From: a virus
Taxonomy: Duplodnaviria > Caudoviricetes
Virus record (IMG/VR): IMGVR_UViG_3300024249_000014
Location: 1 to 43,361 of that record
Strand: one strand, 5' to 3'
DNA length: 43,361 bases
A program made the translations under genes and the position numbers. How positions within the stretch are numbered: the first letter of the stretch is position 1; each line of letters starts with the position of its first letter. The notes beneath the pieces were generated by a model that saw only the letters and a program-made list of their open reading frames with translations, was not told the origin of the DNA and made no database searches. Of this stretch, positions 9,761 to 19,341 are shown in pieces.

Positions 9761-11320
9761 ATGAAGTACGAAGGTACAGATGTAAATTCTCAACAGCGGG
9801 CTAAGAGCTTTCAGATTGCTGCGCCATTAGGGGGCCTTAATGGTCGTGACGGTTTGGCGGCGATGCAGGCACAGGACGCCTATCAGCTAGAAAACTGGTT
9901 TCCCGGTACGTCCGGTGTGCGGGTTCGTCCCGGTTGTTCGATCCATCAGAATCCTGTCGGTTCTCCTGTATCGTCTTTGGAAGTGTTCGCGTCCGGAACG
10001 AATCAGCGGATTTTGGCATTTGCGGGGGCTAAGGCTCTTGATGTTACTGATGCTGCTAGTGTGATAACATTGAGGTCAGATATTGCGTTGCCTCAGACAG
10101 TGGCGACGATGTTTGGAACTGTAGCCGATAATGCGCAATGGCTGATTATCACGACGGGCCAAGACGCCCCTATGAGCTTTGATGGCACAACGCTAGCAGA
10201 TTTAACCTTTACTGGACTAGCCGAGGCTTCCGTAGGGTTGAACTTTGTGGCAGCCTATATGGGTCGCCTGTTTTGGGTTATGCGGGATAAACTAGGATTT
10301 TACTACCTCCCGCCCGGCCAGATACAAGGTGCTATGGAGTGGTTCGATCTAGGACAGTTATCTAATTTTGGTGGTTATTTACAGGCAATAGCAACGTATT
10401 CGGATGATGCTGGTGACGGTCCTGCTGACTATATTGTATTTATATCTAGCCGTGGCGAATATTTTATGTTTCAGGGGACTGACCCTGGAGACGCAACACA
10501 GTGGACTTTAGCCGGTCGTTATAAGGGTGGTGAGCCTATAGGGCGGAAATGTGTAATAGACTATGCGGGTGATATACTCGTTATAACGAGCACTGGCGTT
10601 CACCAGTTTTCAGATATACGAAAGACGGGTGAAACGGTATTACAATCAGAAGCGCTTAGTAGCAAGCTCGGTGATATACTTTTAAACTATAATGAAAATC
10701 GGGACATATGGGGCTGGTGTATGCAGCTTTGGCCGGTCGGCGGAATGCTGATTGTCAATGTGCCAGAAACTAATAACCCTGCTGGTAATTATCTACAGTT
10801 TGCTATGAACACGATTACAAAGGCTTGGACGCTTTTTACAAGCGCAGAATGGAATTGTACGTGTTTGTGCATGTCGAATAAGATTATTTATTTTGGCAGA
10901 TATGACGGGTCGATACGCCAGATAGGGGGTACGGTCGATAATGGTAGCCCTATCCATTTTTCGGCTAAGCAGGCATATAACTATTTTAATGATCAATCCT
11001 ATAAGCAATTTAAATGGGCGCAATTCCTAGTTAGGTGTGATGCTCCTATAGTGCTGTCTGCGCAGCTTTCGGTTGATTATCAGGAAACTGCGCCAGCGTC
11101 TCCCGCAAGCCCTATTGGCATAGGTGTTGGTGACGCATGGGATGTTGCTATGTGGGATACAGCCTCATGGGGATATGGGTTGTATGCGCAGCGCTGGCTG
11201 TCATCATTTGGGAATTACGGTGTTGTCGCTTCGCATTGGTTGATCGGTGACATTGTGGGATCGCAATTAGAGTGGTTTTCGACTGAGCATGTATTTGAGA
11301 AAGCGGAGGGATTGCTATGA
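9761..11320 (+). CDS. tail nozzle / packaged-DNA stabilisation protein (P22 gp10-like role)
   Basis: APLGGLNGRD..LENWFP N-terminus, beta-rich body, WDVAMWD motif; first ATG at 9761. Confidence 0.7.
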   Translation: MKYEGTDVNSQQRAKSFQIAAPLGGLNGRDGLAAMQAQDAYQLENWFPGTSGVRVRPGCSIHQNPVGSPVSSLEVFASGTNQRILAFAGAKALDVTDAASVITLRSDIALPQTVATMFGTVADNAQWLIITTGQDAPMSFDGTTLADLTFTGLAEASVGLNFVAAYMGRLFWVMRDKLGFYYLPPGQIQGAMEWFDLGQLSNFGGYLQAIATYSDDAGDGPADYIVFISSRGEYFMFQGTDPGDATQWTLAGRYKGGEPIGRKCVIDYAGDILVITSTGVHQFSDIRKTGETVLQSEALSSKLGDILLNYNENRDIWGWCMQLWPVGGMLIVNVPETNNPAGNYLQFAMNTITKAWTLFTSAEWNCTCLCMSNKIIYFGRYDGSIRQIGGTVDNGSPIHFSAKQAYNYFNDQSYKQFKWAQFLVRCDAPIVLSAQLSVDYQETAPASPASPIGIGVGDAWDVAMWDTASWGYGLYAQRWLSSFGNYGVVASHWLIGDIVGSQLEWFSTEHVFEKAEGLL

Positions 11321-11826
11321 AAGCGATACCGGCAGGAGAGAGAACAGCATTGGTCGGCGCTTATGTTGGCGAAAAGTGTGGTTGTGACTTTGTGCCGGGT
11401 ATGTTTCAGGCATTGGCGATTCTTAATGATAATGGCGATTTTTGTGCTGGCGTGGTGATTAGCGAATTTCGCGGGCATGATTGCCAGATTTCATGTGCGA
11501 CAGAAACAGGGGTAGCGTGGCGTGACCATGTGGTTAGGGCTGTTTTCGATTATATCTTTATTCAGCTTGGGTGCGCTCGGTGTACGTCGATAACGAAAAA
11601 AGGAAATAAGCGTACTAGGGCGTTCTTAGAGGATTTAGGCTTTAAGCATGAAGGAACTTTGCGGCGTGGTTTTGATGGTGCTCAGGATGCCTTATTGTAC
11701 GGCTTATTGGCAGAGGAATGTCGATATATTGCCAGCGAGAGGGATGGGGATACCGTCATACAGGATAGCGGCGCAGCGCTTGAAGATAAAGAGACTATTA
11801 AAGCAAATGTGCCAGCAATCCATTAA
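11317..11826 (+). CDS. GNAT-fold acetyltransferase-like protein (P22 gp14-like position)
   Basis: VFDYIFIQLGC..KGNKRTRAFLEDLGFKHEGTLR..LYGLLAEE RimJ/RimL-type pattern. Confidence 0.8.
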   Translation: MKAIPAGERTALVGAYVGEKCGCDFVPGMFQALAILNDNGDFCAGVVISEFRGHDCQISCATETGVAWRDHVVRAVFDYIFIQLGCARCTSITKKGNKRTRAFLEDLGFKHEGTLRRGFDGAQDALLYGLLAEECRYIASERDGDTVIQDSGAALEDKETIKANVPAIH

Positions 11827-11838
11827 TGAGGACTAGGT

Positions 11839-13194
11839 ATGGGTAAGAGTACTCCCCAAGCGCCAACGCCCCCTGATCCGGTAGCGACCGCGCAGGCACA
11901 AGCTGCATCTAATAAAGAAACGGCGATAGCTAATGCGAATTTAAATCGTATTAATCAATACACGCCGCAGGGGAATTTGACTTATCAGCAGATAGGTACA
12001 AACCCGGACGGTACGCCTCAGTACCAACAGACGCAAACATACAGTCCCGGCCAACAAGCGGTATATGACGCGCAGAATCAAGTATCGCAGGCTTTGTCGA
12101 ATACGGCGCTACAGGGTACTAATCAGGTTAGCGCGGCTATGAATAAGCCGTGGGATACGTCCGGTGCTAATCCTATGGCGACGAACTTACAGGGGGCGGG
12201 GCAGGGTATTCAAACCGGCTATAATCCCGGTGGCAATATTCAAACATCATTGGATTTCTCTAAGCTCAGCGCGCTGCCGGGTATTAATGACTTCTCCGGT
12301 GATGCGCAAAGCGCTCGTAATAATGCATATAGCTATGCGACAAGCCGCCTCGATCCGCAGTTTGATCAAGAGCAGCGCCAGCTAGGAGCGAGCCTTGCGG
12401 CGAAAGGCGTGACGGAGAACAGCACGGCTTACCGCAATGCGATGGATCAATTCGCGCGGCAAAAGACCGATGCCTACAATCAGGCCACTTATAGCTCCTA
12501 TGGGGCTGGCGGTGCTGAGCAATCGCGGTTGTTCGGTTTGGCAATGCAAGGGCGGCAGGAAGGCGCAAGCGAGGTCGGAGCGCAGGGCGAATTTGCCAAT
12601 GCCGCGCAAGCGCAGGCTAACCAGCAAAATCAGGCACAAGCCGCATTCGGTAACACGGCACAGGGCGTACAATTCCAACAGAATGCAGCCAATGCGCAGT
12701 TTGGCAATGAGGCCCGTAATCAACAAATTCAGGAACAATCGTATGCGCGGGAGTTGCCTATTAATGAGGTAGCCTCATTGTTGAGCGGCGCAGGAAAGGT
12801 ACAGGGTCCAACTTTCCAGCCATATAGTGCGGTGGATGTAGCACCTACGAATTATGCTCAAATAGCGCAAAACAGTTTCATGGATCAGAATGCTATATAT
12901 CAACAGCAGTTGCAAGCGCGTCAGGCTGGACTTGGTAGTATATTTGGCACGCTTGGCGGCTTGGGTGCATCGGCTATCACGAAGTTTTCGGATCGGCGTT
13001 TGAAGTATAACATTAAAGCTGTTGGTGAATTGGCGAACGGTATCAGAACTTATGTGTTCAGTTACATCGGTTCTGCCTTGCGTGAGTTCGGTGTGATGGC
13101 TGATGAGGTCATTAATATTATACCCGAAGCGGTCGGTAGCAGTGGCGGGTATGCTACAGTAGATTACAGGAGGATTTATGGTAGTTACCGCTGA
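11839..13194 (+). CDS. DNA ejection/pilot-type virion protein with C-terminal S74 chaperone-like domain
   Basis: MGKSTPQAPTPPDP start, Q/A/N-rich body; C-terminal SDRRLKYNIK..GVMADEV..P.AV..VDY. Confidence 0.75.
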   Translation: MGKSTPQAPTPPDPVATAQAQAASNKETAIANANLNRINQYTPQGNLTYQQIGTNPDGTPQYQQTQTYSPGQQAVYDAQNQVSQALSNTALQGTNQVSAAMNKPWDTSGANPMATNLQGAGQGIQTGYNPGGNIQTSLDFSKLSALPGINDFSGDAQSARNNAYSYATSRLDPQFDQEQRQLGASLAAKGVTENSTAYRNAMDQFARQKTDAYNQATYSSYGAGGAEQSRLFGLAMQGRQEGASEVGAQGEFANAAQAQANQQNQAQAAFGNTAQGVQFQQNAANAQFGNEARNQQIQEQSYARELPINEVASLLSGAGKVQGPTFQPYSAVDVAPTNYAQIAQNSFMDQNAIYQQQLQARQAGLGSIFGTLGGLGASAITKFSDRRLKYNIKAVGELANGIRTYVFSYIGSALREFGVMADEVINIIPEAVGSSGGYATVDYRRIYGSYR

Positions 13195-15352
13195 GGAAGC
13201 CGCTGTAAGACGGAAACAGAGAGAAGACCAATTATATTTGCAAGCTATACCGGGTATCACGGCTGCGTATAAGGATGATCCGCGCACCGGGGTAGCTGAT
13301 GCTTTGCTTAAACAAGGTCTATCAACTGCACCCGCTGTCGGCGGTATCGGGGAAGGTTTATCGCGCGTGGTATCGGCATTGGCTGGTGCATACGTGGGTA
13401 ATCAGCAGAGAGACTTGTATCGTGGAGCGGACACGAGAACCGCAGCCGGTATTAATGCTGCTAATGTTAATCAGCCTGCTTTGCCGCAGCAATTGGCTAT
13501 GCCGTCTAGTTTGACAACGCCGATTTCGGGAGCGGACCAAACGCCAATACCGGCGCAACTGCCGCCCGCCGCAGCGCCACCCCAAGCGGCGGTAACGCCG
13601 GGGTTGAATATTCCCCCGCCGTCAGCGCGACTCGCTGGTATTAATACTCCTTTCGGCGGAGCGCCGGGGCCGGGTATTCCGGGTGTGGCACAAGCTCTAA
13701 CAGGGGGACCGGCTGCACCGCCACCGGCGGCGATACCACAAAACCCTACGTTGGGCCAACCGGCAGGTTCTACAATCCCTACAGCCGGTAGAGGTGCCCG
13801 ACCCCGAGTTTTGACCCCCGGTGAGCCTGCCGGTGTAGATAGGCGTGCTGCTGCACAAGCGGGTTTTGGTAGTTATCAAAGCAGTGCATATGACCCGCTA
13901 GAACAGAAATATGCTGCACAGTATGGAGTGCCTGTTGAGCTACTGCATTCTATTCGTGTTAATGGTGAAAAGTCTAATGCTAATCAGGTAAGTCCTGCCG
14001 GTGCCGCTACGGTGTACCAAATAACACCGGGAACACGGCAGGGTGTAATTAAGAATTACGGGTTTGATCCCTATGCTAGTCCTGAAAATTCTGTGCGCGG
14101 TGCAGCGGCGGTTTTGTCTGAGGGGTGGAAAGCCTCTAATGGTGATCCTCGCGAAACTGCCGCGCGCTATATAGCGGGTACAGCGGGAGTGCGGGGACGG
14201 CAAACAAAAGCTTACGTTAATAGAGTTGTCGGTGGCATGGGCGGCGCTGGTGGTGGAAGCGGTGCGAGTACAGCGCCGGGGAGCGAGATAGGACCGCCGC
14301 CACAATTTGAAGTGCCGCCATTGCCCGCGCCTCCGACAGCGCCGACAGACACGCCTCTGCCAGATCGGGTGCAATCAACACGATTGGCGGTTGCGCAAAG
14401 GCTTTTGCAAGACCCGAGTTTAAATCCTGAAATGGCCTATATGGCTTCGCAGCCTTATCTTGAAAAAGGTTATGAGGAAGAGGCCAAGGCTAAGGAAAAC
14501 GAATATCAAGCGGGCGTTAATAGAGGATATCTGCACGATCAGATGGCGCAGTCGCTATATAATGAGGAACAAGGAGCCTTGTATAAAGCGCCTATTGAAG
14601 AGCGTAATGCTATTATCGGTGCTAATGTCCAAGGCAGGCTCGCGGGCTATACGGCTGAAAACCAACTGCGCATAGCAAATGAAAACTATGCGAACAAGCT
14701 GGCAGTGGCAGCAACGGCAGCGGCAGCTAAGGAACAGGCGGCTCACGGGAAACCTGTTCCGCAAGCCGAAGCCAAACAAATGGATGATCTGGCTACAAGT
14801 CAACAGTCGTTGGATCAGCTTATGAAGGGCTTTAATGACCAATATGTTGGCTATGGCCTTAATGATATTGGCAATCTAGCGAATGCAGCCAAACATCGTT
14901 TAGGCGATGCTGGTAGTGTTGCACAAACTCAGTGGTGGCAACAGTATAATGATTGGACGCAATCCATGTTGAAAGCACTGCATGGCGCGCGTATCACGCA
15001 GCAAGAAATTGATATGTTTAATAAATCGCATATTGATCCGTCTATGAATGCTAACAGCGCTCGGCAGAATATGGATAGGCAGCTTACGATAGCTAACACG
15101 GCATTGGCGAGACATGCTTCCTCGGCGCGTCAATCGTATAATCCTGCGGAAGTCTATCAGCGTATGGGTGGTGATGTATCAGCAAACATTATGCGAAATC
15201 CAAGTTACATTTCACCGTTTTATCAAGGAGTAGCTAAGACGCATTTGGGAGGGGGACAACAGCAATCTCCGTTAGCAGCCGGTGCGGTAGCGAGTAAGGT
15301 CATTAATGGGCAGACTTACTATCAGGATGCTCAAGGTCATTGGTTCCAGTAG
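13178..15352 (+). CDS. internal virion protein with lytic transglycosylase-like domain
   Basis: AAQYGVPVELLHSI..GEKS..VSPAGA..YQITPGT and TKAYVNRV SLT-like motifs flanked by Pro-rich linkers. Confidence 0.8.
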   Translation: MVVTAEEAAVRRKQREDQLYLQAIPGITAAYKDDPRTGVADALLKQGLSTAPAVGGIGEGLSRVVSALAGAYVGNQQRDLYRGADTRTAAGINAANVNQPALPQQLAMPSSLTTPISGADQTPIPAQLPPAAAPPQAAVTPGLNIPPPSARLAGINTPFGGAPGPGIPGVAQALTGGPAAPPPAAIPQNPTLGQPAGSTIPTAGRGARPRVLTPGEPAGVDRRAAAQAGFGSYQSSAYDPLEQKYAAQYGVPVELLHSIRVNGEKSNANQVSPAGAATVYQITPGTRQGVIKNYGFDPYASPENSVRGAAAVLSEGWKASNGDPRETAARYIAGTAGVRGRQTKAYVNRVVGGMGGAGGGSGASTAPGSEIGPPPQFEVPPLPAPPTAPTDTPLPDRVQSTRLAVAQRLLQDPSLNPEMAYMASQPYLEKGYEEEAKAKENEYQAGVNRGYLHDQMAQSLYNEEQGALYKAPIEERNAIIGANVQGRLAGYTAENQLRIANENYANKLAVAATAAAAKEQAAHGKPVPQAEAKQMDDLATSQQSLDQLMKGFNDQYVGYGLNDIGNLANAAKHRLGDAGSVAQTQWWQQYNDWTQSMLKALHGARITQQEIDMFNKSHIDPSMNANSARQNMDRQLTIANTALARHASSARQSYNPAEVYQRMGGDVSANIMRNPSYISPFYQGVAKTHLGGGQQQSPLAAGAVASKVINGQTYYQDAQGHWFQ

Positions 15353-15361
15353 GAGCTATTA

Positions 15362-17782
15362 ATGGGACAAGTTACTGATCCTGACATTCTCGCGCAGCTT
15401 AATTCGGGCGCACCGCCTAAGCGTGTCGTTACCGATCCAGCTATTCTTGCGCAGTTAAACGCGAAGAACACGCGAGCCAATAAGCCAGTCGGTCAGCCGC
15501 GCGAAGGCTGGCTCGATATGTTCAAACGCTACGCGAGCTTGGGCGGTCATGCGTTGGCATCGGCAGCGGGTGACGCTCTCGGCGGCGCAGTAGCGGGAGG
15601 CCCATTAGGACTCATTAATAGTCTTGGTGCTAAGGCAGCGGATATAGTTTTGCCAAGCAAATATGCTGATATGGCTAAGCAAGGTTTGCCGTATCGGGGC
15701 ACTGATCCGACACAGATAGTTGGCATGGGGGCTGAGAGTTATGCGAACAAGGCCGGACTAGCCGCGCCGGTTACGCCTACGGAGCATGTTTTTCATAGCG
15801 CCGTTAAAGGTGCTGCATTGGCGGCTGCGACTGGTGGCGAGGGTGGGCTAGTTGGTGGAGCTAAATTGGCTGCTAGCGGCGCGTCTTCGGGCGGGGCTAG
15901 TGAAGCTGTAAAACAAATGGGATTTGGAGCAATACCTCAAATAGCAGCGGGGTTAATAGCGGGTTCCCCAACTGGTGCAGCGTCTTTAATTAAAAATGCT
16001 AGCGGTGAATTGCTGAGTAGAAGTATTCTATCTGGTGAGGGTGGCACTGCGGAAAGGGCTGCAAAACAGCTTGTTGCTCATACGCTTTCGGGTGGCGATG
16101 AGAATGCCGTTAATAGTGCTGTCTCGAACATAGAGAATGCGCCAACGCCGACAGCCGGGGTCAAGCCGACTTTGGCGGAAGCGTCACAGAGTCCGGGGTT
16201 GGCGGCGTTGCAGCGGAGTTTGCCGTCCACCGCTTTGGAAACGCAAATGGCCCAAAATTCAGTTGCGAGGGCCGGTGTGATGGGCGAAACGCTTGGCGGG
16301 GGTGATCCCTCGATGCTTGGCGATTTGGCGCGCAGAACCGGCTCAGCGCTCAAAGGCGCGGCACAGACGGCCTTGGACAAGATCGGGTTGCCGGTCGATT
16401 TGACTGAGCAAGGCACCAAGATTCGCGGCACGTTTGAAACCGCCTATGACAAAATGAAAGCTATGGTTTCGGCAGCGGGCAACGATCCGGAGCTTAATGC
16501 TGAACATCCATTGGATGTAAACCCTATACAGCTTCGCAGGCAAATGCGGCCTGTTACCAAACAGATGTATGGTAATATGGGCGGTACGCCACCGCCTAAA
16601 GTTACAGCGGTAATTCAGGATGCTACGAAAGCGGCTGTACGAGGAAAATTCAACACGCAAACCCTGACTAATTTGCAGCGTCGTTTAAATGAATTTAGCG
16701 GTGAACTGACAACGACTCCATCAGAGTCTAAGTACGCTGGCATGATCGGGGATGTGTTAGCTAATCATGTCGATGATCAGCTTCCAGAAAATTACAAAGC
16801 GGCTTTGGATAACCTTAAAGCGTTGCGTAGTCAGCAAGGGTCCATATTTGAGGAAGGGCCGGTTGCCGATGCATTATCGAAAAACCAATATAACCGATAC
16901 GAAACGGGTCCAGCGGTGGTTCCGGGGAAGGTTGTTCAGACTGGTGCGCAAGGTGCGGATACGACAGAATCGCTCATTAATGCCATAGGAGCGCAACCGA
17001 CTGAGCAAGCTTCCCGTGCATATTTGCGGTACTTGGCTGATAACGGCGGTGTGTCCAGCCTCAAAGGCGCGGACTTTAATGAGCTTACTAAACGCTTCCC
17101 GTTCCTTGAAAGCCAGTTGAATACCTATCGCCAACGTCTTAATGACATAGATACGTTTGGCAATACGCCATTGGGAGCTATAGCGGATCGTGGCATTAAT
17201 CCTAGTGATCATATACAAAGCTTACTCTCTCAGCCCGGTACGGGTTTTGAGCAGTTGCAGAACGCGGTCCTACGGACTGGTGATCAAAAAGCCATTGGCG
17301 GTTTTCGACAGGCGCTTGCCGATCACTTAGAAAAGATAGGTATTAAAGGTTCAACGGTCGGTGCAGACCTGAGCGCTATCCCGACGAATACCCGTTTCCA
17401 GTTGCGTAACATTTTGGATCGCACGCAAGGGACTAGCATGTTGGATGATAACCAACGGAGCGCTTTGGAAGCGATACACCGTGAAATGCAGGCAGCGGAG
17501 TTTGCTCGTACCGGTGGCATCCATGAAGCGCAGGACGCCACAACTTTCCGGACACCGTTCGAGTCGCACATTAATAGAGTTATCCACTTTATCACGGCGT
17601 ATGCGAGTAATCGTAATAAGGTTACGGGCTTGCTCCGTAATGCTATAAGTGATCCCTCATTTGCGGCTGATCTATTAAAGCGTCAGACGCCTGACCGTAT
17701 GGCTAGATTAATGCGTACTATTCGTTCCACCGCAGCCGGAACCGTTGCCGGAACTGGTGGTACAGTGTTTGGAGGCCCGTAA
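15362..17782 (+). CDS. internal virion (ejection) protein
   Basis: Large Ala/Gly-rich helical ORF; N-terminal repeat VTDP[DA]ILAQLN x2; AGGAG RBS. Confidence 0.7.
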   Translation: MGQVTDPDILAQLNSGAPPKRVVTDPAILAQLNAKNTRANKPVGQPREGWLDMFKRYASLGGHALASAAGDALGGAVAGGPLGLINSLGAKAADIVLPSKYADMAKQGLPYRGTDPTQIVGMGAESYANKAGLAAPVTPTEHVFHSAVKGAALAAATGGEGGLVGGAKLAASGASSGGASEAVKQMGFGAIPQIAAGLIAGSPTGAASLIKNASGELLSRSILSGEGGTAERAAKQLVAHTLSGGDENAVNSAVSNIENAPTPTAGVKPTLAEASQSPGLAALQRSLPSTALETQMAQNSVARAGVMGETLGGGDPSMLGDLARRTGSALKGAAQTALDKIGLPVDLTEQGTKIRGTFETAYDKMKAMVSAAGNDPELNAEHPLDVNPIQLRRQMRPVTKQMYGNMGGTPPPKVTAVIQDATKAAVRGKFNTQTLTNLQRRLNEFSGELTTTPSESKYAGMIGDVLANHVDDQLPENYKAALDNLKALRSQQGSIFEEGPVADALSKNQYNRYETGPAVVPGKVVQTGAQGADTTESLINAIGAQPTEQASRAYLRYLADNGGVSSLKGADFNELTKRFPFLESQLNTYRQRLNDIDTFGNTPLGAIADRGINPSDHIQSLLSQPGTGFEQLQNAVLRTGDQKAIGGFRQALADHLEKIGIKGSTVGADLSAIPTNTRFQLRNILDRTQGTSMLDDNQRSALEAIHREMQAAEFARTGGIHEAQDATTFRTPFESHINRVIHFITAYASNRNKVTGLLRNAISDPSFAADLLKRQTPDRMARLMRTIRSTAAGTVAGTGGTVFGGP

Positions 17783-19341
17783 TGCCTTACGATCCATCAG
17801 GCAATTTCACGCGGCTTCATAACTGGGGTTCCGACCGTGACGCCGGTATTAAGATTATGGCGGATCGTCACGATGACGAGGACAACAATTTTGCTGGGGC
17901 GCTCAATCAGGTGCTTTTGCGTAATGGGTCGGTGCCGTTGGGCGGCGATTTGCAGATGGCCGGATACCGGATTCTCGGCGTGGCGCAGGGTTCCGCAGCG
18001 GCTCCTAGCATTATGTTTAATACTGATCCTAACTCCGGTTTGTTTCAGCCAGCGGCGGGGCAGATAGGTGTCAGCATAACGGGCATACAGGTAGGGTTGT
18101 TTACGAGTAACGTGTTTACTGTAAACGGTACAGTATATTCTCAAAATAATATTATTCAAACAGATAACCCGCAGATGCAGCTTCGTGCTGCTAACGGTGC
18201 TGGTAATGCGTGGCGCGTAATATCTACGTCTACGGCGGCAGGACCGGGCGATTTTCACATACAGTCTAGTACGGATAATTTCGTCAGTACAGGTGCGGAC
18301 GTTGCGATTGGACCTAACGGTACGCTTTGCGTAGGTAATGCGGTTGTCACGCACGGTACTAATTCCTTCCTGCAAGTGTACGGTGATATGAGCTTCATGC
18401 GTGGAGCCTCAGTAAACTTTAATGCCTATAATGATGGTACTAACTGGCGAGCATCCGGAGCGGGCTATGCGTTAACTATGGGCTTTAATGCTTCTTCCGG
18501 GGTTTTTGCACTATACAATACACCAGCTACTATAGCGGCGGGTGCGGTTGTTCCGTTTAGTACTAGGTTCCAAATTAACCCTGATGGCAGTACGTCTGTA
18601 AATGGCGATTTATACGCGCTCGCCAATGTCTGGCCGAGTGGGCACGTTATCATGCGCGATCAGCAATATGTCTATACGCCATACAATGGTGCTACTAACA
18701 CTAATACAGTTCGTTGTGGCTTGCAGTTGGATGGGGCTAATCAAAAACTTAATTTAGTATCCGGGGGGCAAACACGCTGCGTATTACAGACTAATGGTGA
18801 TATGCAGATAAATACACCCGGTGTTGGCTTTTATACACAAGCGCCTAGCAACGGTGGTATGGTAGTAATGGGAGGTAATGCCACTAATTCAGGATATATA
18901 AGGTTCCTTGATCCTGCGGGTCGCAGTTTAGGGTATATTGGGTATATTACTGCTGCTGCCGGGACACATATAAATTATGTTACCGAGAACTCTTACGGCG
19001 CTCCGGGTGGGCATAACTTCGGTTCGCAAGCGTTGTATGCAGGGTCGTATAATCCTCCATCAGACAGGCGGCTTAAAGTCAATATAGCACCAGCGTCTAT
19101 AGATAGCGGGGCGCTGTTCGATGCCTTGGAAATCGTACAGTATGATTGGAAGGACACCGGCAAGCATCATAGCTTCGGTATCATAGCACAGGACTTATAC
19201 GAGGTATTCCCCGAGGCGGTGACGCCAGCGGACGAGAACCTTGACCAGTGGAGCTATGATCTTGCCAAGATGCTGATGCTCGCGCTCGTCGAAATCAAGA
19301 TGCTTCGTGGCCGTGTTCACGCGCTTGAGGGGAGGCATTAA
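17782..19341 (+). CDS. tail fibre 1 with C-terminal S74 intramolecular chaperone
   Basis: Gly/Asn/Thr beta-rich body; SDRRLKVNI..GIIAQDL..FPEAV C-terminus. Confidence 0.85.
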   Translation: MPYDPSGNFTRLHNWGSDRDAGIKIMADRHDDEDNNFAGALNQVLLRNGSVPLGGDLQMAGYRILGVAQGSAAAPSIMFNTDPNSGLFQPAAGQIGVSITGIQVGLFTSNVFTVNGTVYSQNNIIQTDNPQMQLRAANGAGNAWRVISTSTAAGPGDFHIQSSTDNFVSTGADVAIGPNGTLCVGNAVVTHGTNSFLQVYGDMSFMRGASVNFNAYNDGTNWRASGAGYALTMGFNASSGVFALYNTPATIAAGAVVPFSTRFQINPDGSTSVNGDLYALANVWPSGHVIMRDQQYVYTPYNGATNTNTVRCGLQLDGANQKLNLVSGGQTRCVLQTNGDMQINTPGVGFYTQAPSNGGMVVMGGNATNSGYIRFLDPAGRSLGYIGYITAAAGTHINYVTENSYGAPGGHNFGSQALYAGSYNPPSDRRLKVNIAPASIDSGALFDALEIVQYDWKDTGKHHSFGIIAQDLYEVFPEAVTPADENLDQWSYDLAKMLMLALVEIKMLRGRVHALEGRH

